Shown: one piece after another, positions 54,319 through 64,000 of the stretch
Layout: every line of letters starts with the position of its first letter
Position numbering within the stretch: the stretch's first letter is position 1
Assembly (NCBI GenBank): GCA_014905635.1
Contig: JABVCE010000022.1
Location: 558,001-622,000 of the forward strand
Direction of reading: 5' to 3'
DNA length: 64,000 bases
Origin: Scenedesmus sp. PABB004
Taxonomy: Eukaryota
Position numbers and translations under genes: made by a program
Notes under the pieces: generated by a model
The model's input: only the letters and a program-made list of their open reading frames with translations
Told to the model about the DNA's origin: nothing
Databases searched by the model: none

Positions 54319-55023
54319 GGGAGGGGGAGAGAGAGAGGGAGAGAGAGAGACAGAGAGAGGGAGAGAGACAGAGAGAAAGACGGAGAGGGGGAGACTCGGC
54401 GGAGGCCGCAGCGCGTGCACGCGCACGCGGGCGCAGCAGCTGGGCGCGGCGGCTGCTGCGGGCGCGATCGGTGTGACCGGGTTACCCAAACAGGGTTGCA
54501 CAACAGTTCTGTTGCTCGCTTCCGCGCGGCATGTGTTCAGTTTTTTCGCCGGACCCGGTCTCTCGGACAGCTTGCCAGCCCGGGCAGTGCAGTTCATGGA
54601 GCCGGTCAGCCCCAGTGCCCTCACTCAGACCTGATGCGACTCAGTGTGGGGGGCAAACCGAGGACAGCTTCTCGGTGTGGGGGAAACGGTGAGTGTGACG
54701 TGCCGGACAAACAACGGGGCGACGAGGTGATGCCAGGAAGGGCGCGACGCGCGCGCGCGGGAGCTAGCTCTGGCCTGGTGCAGCGCCAGCCCACCCGTGC
54801 CCGCGCCTTCACGGCGCGGGGCCAGGTCATATACACGTGCTGCTCAGGCAACCAGGCGCTCACAACAGGGTGTGCCGCCGGACGAGCCGAGGCAAGGTGT
54901 TATTGGTCTCAGATCAATAAACTGTACAGAACCAGGGCTGCCACCAGGTTCAGAACCAGGGCCGCACCAGGTTTAAGTCTAGGCGTCGGATCGCTCACGG
55001 CCGCGCGCCTCCGCACGGTCCGC

Positions 55024-57024
55024 TCAGGACGTCGCCACCGCCGGCCGCGCCGCGCGCGTGTCGGGCAAGAACATCTTGTCGAAGCGCTCGTTGCGCAGGA
55101 GGCGGTGCGGGTCAAACGCGGCCGCCTGCTCCATAAACTCGGCGACCGGCAGGCCGTAGCCGGGCACCGACGGCAGCGCGTCGTCAGAGTAGAACTTGGC
55201 GTGGTGCGGGCGGCCGCCGCGCGCGGTGAGCACGCGCTCCATGGCGGTGAAGTAGGCAGACCACTCCTCCCAGGGCGGCAGCGGCGCGTCCATCGACGGC
55301 GCGACGAGCGCGAGCTCAAACGCCGCGCACACGGCGTGGCCGTAGCAGGGGTTGAGCATCGACAGCGTGTCGCCGCCGACGTAGCGCACGTGCAACCACA
55401 GGTGCGTGCTGGGCGCCGCCTGCCCGCGTGACGCCGCGACGTCGGCAAACGCGGCGAGCACGTCGCGCGCCGCGGACGCCTCGCCCGCGTCGTCCAGGGC
55501 CACGTAGTACTCGCCGTTCCACAGCGGCTGCGCCTCCATGTCCACCGCGTGCGTCAGCGAGCGGTACGACACGTCGCTGCAGTTGTCCTGCGAGCGCCGC
55601 GGCGGCCAGCGGGTCAGCGGGCGCGCGACGCCGCTGCGCGCGGCCGGCCGCGCCGCGCGCCGTGCCCCGCGCTGCGCTGCGCGGGAGGGGGGAGCGGGGC
55701 GGCGGCTGGCTCACCCAGCGCATGATGAGGGGCAGGCCGTCGACGCCAAACTCCTTCTCCGCCGCGTCCTCGTGCTGCTCGATCGCGGTGCGGCACGGCC
55801 GGCCCTCGGCCGCGCTCTCGGCGGCGGTCGCCTCCTCCCAGTACATCGGCCACGCGCTGTCGGTCGCGGGGTGAGCATACCTGCGCGGCACACGGGGCGC
55901 GCGTCGGCGGGCGGGCGGGCGGGGCGGCGCGACTGAGCCGGCGCGGCCGTTGAGAGCGAGCCCCGGGCAGGGGCGCTTGGCCGGCGGCGCCTCGCGCCCC
56001 GCGCCGCGCCCCGCCGCGCGCACCAGTGGAAGCGGTCGTACGCGGCCTTGAGGCGGGGGAGGTCGGGAAGGAGCGCCTCGACGCCGCCGTCGACGCGCCA
56101 GCGCCGGCGGCGCAGGTGGAACTGGGGCGTGACCGGGAGCGTGACGCGCGTGAGGATGCCGACCATGCCGACGCCCATGCGCGCCGCGCGCATCGCCTCG
56201 GGCGCGGTGGCGTCGGAGAGGTCGTGCGCGTTGCCGTCGACGTCGAGCAGCCGCAGCGCCCGCACGACGCTGCTCACGCCGCCGACGGAGAGCTGCGAGC
56301 CGTGGAAGCCGACCGACACGGCGCCGCCGACGGTGAGGCCCTGGATGCCGCCCGGGGGCCAGGCGAGCGCGAGGCCGCGCTTCTCGAGCTCGTGGAAGAG
56401 CGCCGCGAAGCTGGTGCCAGCCAACACCTCGACCGCGGTCGGCGACACGCGCGTGATCCCCGACAGCCGGTGCAGCGCGAGCGTGACGCCCGGCGCGCCG
56501 CCGGCGCCGGCCGCGGGCGTGTAGAGCCCCGCCCAGCTGTGCGCGTAGCCGACGACCTTGAGCGGCAGCCGCGGCGCGCCGCTCGCGGCCGCGGCCGCCG
56601 CCTGCGTGCGCAGCCAGGCGGACAGCTCGGCCTCGCTCTCCGGCGCGACGACCGCGCCGGGCGACCAGCGCACGGTGCCGGCCCAGTTGGAGCAGCTCCA
56701 GGCGGTGGTGCCGTTGGGCCCCCCCTCGGCGGCGCAGAGCTGGCGCGGCGGCGGGTGCACCGCGCCGATCGCCTCCTGCTCGGGCGGCACCTCCACGTAC
56801 AGCGCGCTCAGCGGGGCGCCCGCGGCGGCGCCTGCGCGAGCAGGGCAAGGTCGGGTGCGGCGAGGGAGAGTGAGACAGCCTGGCCGGGTCGGGCACCAGC
56901 TCGGCACGAGAGCCGCGGTGTGCCGGCCCTGCGCGGGGCCGCACGGCCCGCGGGCGGCGGCGCGGTCCGCACCGGCAAAGCACAGCGCGGCCACCAGCAC
57001 GGCGAATTCACTCAATCGGCTCAT
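55024..57024 (-). CDS. FAD-linked aldonolactone oxidase-like (GULO/ALO family) protein with signal peptide
   Basis: MSRLSEFAVLVAALCFAGA signal, SNWAGTV, KVVGYAHSW, LTVGGAVSVGFHGS, GMVGILTRVTL, GGRPHHAKF and FDPHRLLRNERF. Confidence 0.9.
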
Positions 57025-57179
57025 GTCGGCGTGCTATGGAGCGGTCGCGGCAGCGCTACTCGCAACGGGGGGCGGCTCGGAGTTGGCTAGGCTTGCGACA
57101 GGCTCAGGCGTGTCGTTCTACGGCCGACGTGCAGGCCGGGCTGCTGCTTATGAGGTCTTGTGGCACTCTTGACCCGGCT

Positions 57180-57567
57180 GCGTGTAGCGCGCACGTCGAC
57201 CTCTGTGACCTCACTCGTCCCTGACCTTCCGCGGTCGGAGCCGAGCCCAAACGCGGCTGGAGCTGGGCGCGGCTGCTACCGCTCGGCCCAGCGCGACGGA
57301 CCGCAACGCCTGCGCAGCTCGCCGGCGCTGCTCACCGAGCGGCACCCGGCGCCGCCGCTGCTCCGCTGCTGCCGCTCCGGCCGGACGGCCAGGCGCGAGC
57401 CGCGCGCGCCAGCAGCGCTCAGAACGCCGCCCCCAGCCCGCCTGACGTGCATGACCGGGCGCATAGCAGCAGGCCGCCCGCCCTCAGGCCGGCCCCGGGC
57501 CGCCGTGTGCCGCGCCGCCGCGCTGCAGCCTCAGCGCGGCCAGCTCCGCCTCCAGCAGCGCCTGCCC
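57180..57567. repeat. Diverged direct repeat copy 1 (homologous to ~59960-60326)
   Basis: Shared blocks include cgctgctcacc, ggccaggcgc, tgacgtgcatgaccgggcgca, cagcaggccgcccgccctcaggccggccccgggcc and cagcgcggccagctccgcctccagc. Confidence 0.85.
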
Positions 57568-57601
57568 GGGGGTGGACTGGGTGGCGGCGCAGGGGCCGAG
57601 C

Positions 57602-59924
57602 ATGGGGGTCCTGCCCGCCGACCTCACGCCCCTGTCGCTGCGCACGGTGCTGGCGTGCTGCTGCTGCCCGCTCGCCACGGGGTGGCTGATCGGTGCGCCC
57701 GCGGTCCGCGCCGCGCGCGCCCGCCCCGCTGACGGCGCGCGCCGCCCGGCGAGCCGCCCGGCGAGCGGCCGACGGGCGCGCGCCCGCGCGCAGGCATCTG
57801 GGGCGGCGTGGCGGCGACGCCCTCGTTTGCGGAGCTGCTGCCGCCGGGCCAGCGCCCCGGCGGCAGCGGCGACGGCAGCACGTGGTGCCTGTTCAGTGAC
57901 CAGCTGCTCTCGTTCACCGGCAGCGTCATCTACGTCTCTGCGCTCCCCGCGCTCGCGGTCGCCGCGCGCGTCACGCACGGCTACGGGCGCAAGCCGACGA
58001 TGTGGGCGATCGCGGCGCTCACCGCGGGCGGCGCGGCGCTGGGCGCGGCCGCGCGCGGCCTCGGCGCGGTCTTTGCGTCGCGCGCGCTGCTCGGCGCGGC
58101 GATGGGCTGCAGGTGCGCCGGCCGTGCGGGCGGGCGGGCGCGCGCCGCGCGCGCACGCCGCCCTGGCGGGCACCCAGATAGCAAGCCCGCCGCGCAGTGC
58201 GGGGCGCGCCGGCGCGCCGTGCGGCGCTCAGGCCGTGCGCCGCCCCTCGGCCGCCGCGGCCGCCGCCGGCGCGGGCGCAGCTTCCAGGCGCCCACGATGC
58301 TGCTGGTGGAGGTGCTGCCGCGCGGGCGGCGGGGCCAAGGCATGTACGCATTCAACACGTGCATGGCCGCCGGCTTCCTGCTCTCGGGCGCGGCCAACCA
58401 GGCGCTGGCGGGGCCGGCGTGGGGCTGGCGCGCGAGCGTCGCGCTGCTGGCGGCGCCCGCGCTCGCGCTCGCGGCGCTGCTGCCGGGCGTGCGGGAGAGC
58501 CCGCAGGCGCTGCTGCAGCGTGGGCGCGACGACGAGGCCGCGGCCGCGCTCGCCGCGCTGCGACCGCGCGGCGCCGACGTGGGCGCGGAGCTGGCGCAGA
58601 TGCGGCGCGCCGCCGCGCGCGCCGCGCGCGCGGGGCGCACCGGCGCGCGCCTGGCCTCCCTGGTCACGCGATACCGCCCCGAGCTCGTCGCGTCGGTGCT
58701 GTGGCCGCTCGTGCTGATGCTGACGGGCCTCAACGTGCTCTCCTCGTGGACGCCAAACCTGCTGCTCGCCCTCGGCGCGAGCCACGCGTTTGCACTGGCA
58801 GCCAACACTGGCATGATGGCCCTCGGCCTCGCCGCGGCGCTGACCGGTGCGGGGGCCGGGGGCCGAGGGCCTCGCGCGCGTGCGCGGTGCCCGGGGCGCA
58901 CGCGGCGGCCGCGCGTGCCTGCCGCGCACCGCACCGACCGCGGCCGCCCTCCTCTTCTCCCCTGCACGCGGGCCAGGCTCGTTCTTTGTCGAAAAGGTGC
59001 GCCGCCGCACACTGCTGGCGGCGGGCGGCGCGACCGTGGCGGGCAGCATGGCCGCGCTCGCGGTGCTGCTCGCGGCGGCGCCCCCGCGCGGCAGCGGCGG
59101 CGGAAGCAGCGACGCGGTGCTGGTGGCGGCCCTGGTGCTGCTGTGTGTCAACCGCGTTACGCTCACCTGCACCCTGCAGCCCCTGGCGGCCACGGGTGCG
59201 CTGCGCGGCGGGGCGGCCGGCCGGCCGGCAGCTGGCGCCGCGGCGCGCGGCGCGCTCCGACGCCCGTCTCGGCCACCGCGCGCAGTGCCCGCGGAGGTGC
59301 AGCCGCTGCAGGTGCGCAGCGACACGAGCAGCCTGACCACGGGCGTGCGCAACGGGGTGAGCTTCTTCGTCTCGCAATTCTCCCTGCCCCTGCTGGTGAG
59401 GCGGTGGTCCCCCGCGCGCCGGCTACCTGAGTGCGCGCGCGCGAGCGCACCCCCGCCTCGCGCGCGCCGTCCCAACGCGCCGCCCCTGTCCTCCCCTCCC
59501 CCGTGTGTGCCGTGCGCAGTGCGCGACGCGGTGGGGGCTGTTCCTCATCTTTGCCGGCGCGACCGCGGCGGGGAGCCTTGCGCTGTGGCTGCTGGTCCCG
59601 GAGACTCGCGGCCTGCCGCTGGAGGAGGTGCACCTCGCCTGGGAGGCCCACTGGCTCTGGGGCCGCACGCGCTGCGTGCGCGAGCGCGGGCACTCGAGCC
59701 TGACCGGGCCAGCGCCGGGCGCGGCGGCGCTCGAGGGCGGGGCGGCGGGCGGCACATCCGACGGCGCGTCTGACGGCGCGTCGGAAGGCGAGGTCGACGG
59801 CGCGGCTGCTGAAGGCGCGGCGCCGCCGCCGCGCGCGCCTGGCAGCGGCGCCGCGCTGGGCGAGGGCTGCCAGGTGGCGATTGACGTTCAGCAGCCTGGC
59901 GAACGCGCCAAGGAGCAGGGCTGA
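57602..59924 (+). CDS. Divergent MFS sugar-porter (STP/HUP-like) transporter, 6 exons
   Basis: WCLFSDQLL, VTHGYGRKPTM, EVLPRGRRG, WGWRAS, RESPQALLQRGR, RYRPELV, VEKVRRRTLL, PAEVQPLQVRS and LVPETRGLPLEEV..WEAHWLWGR. Confidence 0.92.
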
Positions 59925-59959
59925 TCGCGGCTGGGTCTGCGACAGCTTTGAGCAAGGTC

Positions 59960-60326
59960 CGTGTGGCCTTTCACGTCAACGGTGAGGCTCACGACTCAGC
60001 CTCATGACCTGCCCCGAGCCCCAAGCAGCTCCGCGCAGCTGCCGCCTCTCTCCCCCAGCACGCGCCCAGAGACAGACCGCCAGGCCGCAGCTCAACACCG
60101 CTGCTCACCAGCCAGCGGCACCCGCCGCTGCTGTTGAACTCCAGCGGGGCGGCCAGGCGCAGGCCGGGCGCGCCAGCAGCGGCCAAAACGCCACCCCGGG
60201 ACCGTCTGACGTGCATGACCGGGCGCAGACCAGCAGGCCGCCCGCCCTCAGGCCGGCCCCGGGCCAGCAGCCGTGCCGCCGCGCTGCAGCTGCAGCGCGG
60301 CCAGCTCCGCCTCCAGCGCCTGCTCC
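59960..60326. repeat. Diverged direct repeat copy 2 (3' end and 3' UTR of the coiled-coil gene)
   Basis: Same shared blocks as copy 1 at 57180-57567. Confidence 0.85.
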
Positions 60327-60411
60327 TCCGCGCTGAAGCACCGCGACAGCTCGGCCTCGCCTGCACCGCCCGCCTCGCTGGCCTCGATCGCCGCGTGCAG
60401 CGCCTCCAGCT

Positions 60412-60452
<41 letters not shown>

Positions 60453-61810
60453 AGCTGAGACGCGCGCCAGGGCAGCGCACCCGGCGCGCCCGGCGCGCAC
60501 CGCGCCCGCCGCCGCACCTCGCCCTTGTCTGCGCCGCGCGTGAGCTGGTCGAGCAGCAGCTGGCGGTCAGCGAGCGCGAGCTCCAGCTGGTGCGTGAGGT
60601 GGTCCAGGCCCGCCTCGAGCCCCCGCACCGCCTCGTCCTTGCTCCCTGCGGGCGGGCGGGCGCGCGTGGGGCCCGCGCTCCAGGCCGAAGCCGCCGCTGC
60701 GCTGAGCCCCTGAGCCCGCGCGTGCCGCCGCGCACCCAGGTCGTTCAGCAGCGCGCGGCGGTCGTCCAGCAGCTTGGCGGTCTGCCGCGAAATCATCTCC
60801 TGCGACTCCTCCGCACGCTCCTTCTCCGCCTCCAGCTCGCCCAGGCGCGCGATGAGGCCCGCCTGCTCCTCTTCGGCTGCAGTCTTGGCCGCGCGCAGCG
60901 CCGCCAGCTCGCCCAGCAGCTTGTTGCGGCTCACGCGCTTGGCGTTGACGCTCCCGGGCGGCGGCTCGGGCACGCCGCCGCCGCCAGCGGCGGACGCGGG
61001 TGCGGGGCTGCTGCTGCTGCTCGCGGCGGTGGTAGCGCGCGAGAGCATGTCCCGCAGCAGCATGAGCTCCCGGAGTAGTTGTTGGATCGTCGCCTCGGCC
61101 TGCGCGTGCTCGAGCCGCACGTAGCTGCGGCGGGTGCGGCGGCGGCGCGCGCGCCTCGCTGAGGGCGCGCCGCGCCGGGCGGGCGCGGCGCAGCGCGTGC
61201 TGCGCGTGCTGCGTGCCGCGCCGCCGTGCCGCCGCCGGCCGCCGCGCTGCCCCCGGCGCCGCCGCCGCCCCCGGCGCGCACCGCAGCTCCGCCATGCTCC
61301 GGCTGAACGCGTCCTCCAGCCGGCCCTTGGCCGCGGCCGCCGCCTCCAGCTCCTTGGTCTGCGGCGCGCGCGCGGGCGGCGCGCGGGCGGCGGCGCCGGA
61401 GCGCGCGGCGGCCGGCACTCAACCCTCGCCCGCCCCGGCAGCGCCCGGGTTGGCGGCGCGGCAGCCCATCGCCGCCTGCCCCCGCCTCCCGCTGCCCCAT
61501 CCCCCCCGTCTCCCCGGGCGCCGCGCCGCACCTGGCGGACGAGGCGCTCCTCCGCGCGCTCCCGCCCCGCGCGCTCGAGGCGCAGCTCGTCCCCAAGGCG
61601 CTTGCGCTCCGACGCGCTCGTGGCCTTGGCCTGCTCCAGGCGCTGGCGCAGGCTGTCCGTCTCGGCCTTGAGCCGCGCCGCCGCGCCGCCGCCGCACGCG
61701 GCGCACGGGCCGTCCGAGTCGCTGCCAGAGTCGGGGTCGTCGTCCGTCGCGCGGTGCAGTACGCGCGCGCCGGCCGGCGTCGGTGGCCGGTCGGGCGCCG
61801 CCGCCGCCAT
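60248..61810 (-). CDS. Coiled-coil protein of unknown function (5 exons)
   Basis: Heptad-rich exons (RLKAETDSLRQRLEQAK, YVRLEHAQAEATIQQLLREL, LEAGLDHLTHQLELAL) separated by GT-AG introns. Confidence 0.75.
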
Positions 61811-62351
61811 CGCAGGCGGCCGTCAGCAGCGGTGGTGGGCGTGGCGATGCCCCACCACAACGCGACCGACGCCTGCGAGCCCGGCGCGCGAGCGCCCCTG
61901 GCGCCAGCTGCTGCTCGAGCGCTGCGCCGCCGCGCGCGCTGCTGGCCGCCGCCGCTGCTCCCGCGAGCGCTGGGGCAGCCGGTGGTGGTGGGGGCGGCTG
62001 TGCGAGGGCTGGGCGCTGGGCGTGGAGGGGGAGAGGCAGGGCGCTGCTGCTGAAGGTGCCGAAGCTGGCGCGGAGGCCTGGCCCCGATGGTCGTGGCCCG
62101 GGCTCGGCTGGCGAGGAACGGAGAGGCCGGCGCAGGCAGCAGGGCAAGCACCAGGCCAGTTTTTTTTGTCCCCTGCTTGCGCCCTGCGCCCGCGCTCTAT
62201 GGCGGCGTGTCCGTGTGCTGGCATCTCATCGCAGAGCTCGCAGAGCGAACTGGATCGCTGCACCGAGCACCGCTGCTGCGCGCCCTCATCTCGACAGCAG
62301 CTGCCGCCAGGTCCAGCTCGGGCGCGCATTGGCCACCGTCCCGCTTCCGAC

Positions 62352-63986
62352 ATGCTGCACAGCCGCGCACCCGCAGCCGCGCGGCGCGGCGCCGGCGGGC
62401 GCAGCGCCGCCGCTCCCGTCGCTGCCGCCGCCCGCGCGCCGGCAGCGCTGCGCCGCCGCCGGCCCGCGCCCGCGGGAGCAGGCCGGGAGCCGGCAGGGGC
62501 GGGCGGCGAGGGGGAGCAGGCGCCGCCGCCTGCTCCCCCTGGCGCGGCGCCCGCCGCCGCGGCGCAGCAGCCGCCGCCGCCGCTGCCCGAGCCGCTCGCG
62601 GCGGCGCTGGCCGGCGCCGGCGGCGGCGGGCGGGGCGTCGCCGCGGTTTACTACGCAGCGGCGGGCGGCATGGCGGCTGCGGGGCTGCTGGCGGCGGCGC
62701 AGGCGGGCCCGCTGGCGGGCGCGTGCCTGCGGCTCGGGCCGGCGCTGCCGGCCGCGCAGGCGGCGGCGCTCGTGGGCTGCGGCGCCGCGGCGCTGCTGCG
62801 CGCGGCGTCGCTGGCGGCGTTTGTCGCGGTGCGCGCGGCGCTGCGGAGCGGCGCGGCTGCGCAGGGGCGGCGCGCGCCCATCGCCCCTCGCCGACCCCCG
62901 CGCCGCCCGCGGCGCGCGCAGGAGGGAGCCGCGGCGGGGCAGCTGGGCAGCTGGCGCGTCCAGGTCGCCAACGTCGGCCTCGCCGCGTGCGCCGCCGCGA
63001 CCGCGCTGCTGCAGCCGCTGTCGCTCGGCGCCGCGCAGCCGTGGCTCGCGCTGCCGCTGGCGGCCGGCGGCGCCGCGGGCGCCGCGCTCTGCGGCGCCGT
63101 GTTTGTCGCGCAGGCGCGCGCGGGCGCGCTGCGCCTGCCGTCGGGGCTGGACGAGTGGGCAGCAGGTGCGCGGCCGCGCCGGCGCCGCGCGGGGCCCCCG
63201 GGGCGCGCGGCTCCGCCGCCCGCGCAGCACGCCGCCCGGGCTGACCGACCTCCCCGCCGCCGCCGCCGCCGCCGCCGGGCGCTGCTGCCGCCGCGCCCCG
63301 CCGCCGCTCGTGCAGCCGCCGAGGCGGCGTGGCTGCGCCTGCTGCTCACGCTCACCACGCTGTCGGGCTGCATCACACTCGGTCTCGGCGCCTTTGCGGC
63401 CGCGGCCGGCGCGCAGGCGCTGCTCGGCGGCGCCCCGCCGCCGGCGCTGCCCTGGGCCGTCGGCGGCGGCGCCGCCGGCGCCGGCGGCGGCGCGATGGCG
63501 TACCTGTGCCGCCTGTCGGGCGTGGGCCTGCTGCTGACGGCGCTGCAGTGCGCCGCGCTGTCCGAGGTCGCGTCGCGCGCGCGGCGGCTCTCGCCCGACA
63601 CGGCGGTCAAGCTGCTGCTGCTGGCGCGCGTGCGCGCCGACGACGGCGACGCGGGCCCGCCGCTGGGGCGCTTCGACCTGCTCACGGCCGGCTTTGTCGC
63701 CGCCGCGGTGGTGCAGGGCGCCGCGCTCGCGGGCGCCGGCGGCGCGGGCGCGGGCGCGGGCGGGCCGCTGGGCCTCTGCGCCGGCGGCGCGCTGCTGTGG
63801 CCGGGGCTCTACTGGGGCGTCCTCGCCACCGCCGCCTACGGCGTGTCGCTCCTCGCGGCGTGGGACTGGCGCGACGTCGCGGCCGGGGTGGCCGGGCTCG
63901 CGAGCGCGGCGTCGGGCTGGGTGTCGGCGGTCATGGTCGCGCTCTTCGTCGACTGGACCTGGCTGCAGGACAGCCGGCGGCGGTGA
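62352..63986 (+). CDS. Probable plastid-targeted multi-pass membrane protein of unknown function
   Basis: MLHSRAPAAARR transit-like N-terminus, many Ala/Leu/Gly hydrophobic segments and two GT-AG introns; ends FVDWTWLQDSRRR*. Confidence 0.7.
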   Translation: MLHSRAPAAARRGAGGRSAAAPVAAAARAPAALRRRRPAPAGAGREPAGAGGEGEQAPPPAPPGAAPAAAAQQPPPPLPEPLAAALAGAGGGGRGVAAVYYAAAGGMAAAGLLAAAQAGPLAGACLRLGPALPAAQAAALVGCGAAALLRAASLAAFVAVRAALRSGAAAQGRRAPIAPRRPPRRPRRAQEGAAAGQLGSWRVQVANVGLAACAAATALLQPLSLGAAQPWLALPLAAGGAAGAALCGAVFVAQARAGALRLPSGLDEWAAGARPRRRRAGPPGRAAPPPAQHAARADRPPRRRRRRRRALLPPRPAAARAAAEAAWLRLLLTLTTLSGCITLGLGAFAAAAGAQALLGGAPPPALPWAVGGGAAGAGGGAMAYLCRLSGVGLLLTALQCAALSEVASRARRLSPDTAVKLLLLARVRADDGDAGPPLGRFDLLTAGFVAAAVVQGAALAGAGGAGAGAGGPLGLCAGGALLWPGLYWGVLATAAYGVSLLAAWDWRDVAAGVAGLASAASGWVSAVMVALFVDWTWLQDSRRR

Positions 63987-64000
63987 CGGCGCGCGCAGCG

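Noticed and set aside
54601..54710. Possible hammerhead ribozyme or structured RNA (CTGATG...GAAAC with hairpin accgag/ctcggt)
   Set aside because: The core reads CTGATGC rather than CUGANGA, and stems I and III do not pair properly. Probably ordinary convergent 3' UTR.

Overview
Extremely GC-rich, intron-dense eukaryotic nuclear DNA, most likely from a chlorophyte green alga (Sphaeropleales-like). The assignment is inferred from plant-type SBP, RR-TZF, CDPK and stromal HSP70 genes, short GT/GC-AG introns and TGTAA poly(A) signals. About 22 spliced genes are packed with short spacers: LRR protein, plastid HSP70B, rhodanese-like protein, two plastid membrane proteins, SBP TF, tandem-SpoVS protein, CIR_N protein, serpin, RR-TZF, CRC/tesmin protein, R2R3-MYB, CD2BP2/LIN1-like, ARM-CaaX protein, Gal-3-O-sulfotransferase-like, fucosyltransferase-like, PCF11, CDPK, archease, GULO-like oxidase, divergent sugar porter and a coiled-coil protein. 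Most long ORFs in the six-frame track are GC artefacts. The main highlight is a ~1 kb tandem duplication with a palindromic filler junction. It fuses the MYB upstream region and start codon in frame to the OCRE-bearing C-terminus of CD2BP2, giving a candidate newborn chimeric gene. Other highlights are frequent AG|GCGCG GC-AG introns, a very long PCF11 intron carrying poly(A)-signal-like motifs, CHR-like motifs upstream of the LIN54-like gene, and a degenerate sugar porter bracketed by diverged direct repeats. Several single-base frameshifts suggest assembly indel errors. All exon structures were read by eye.
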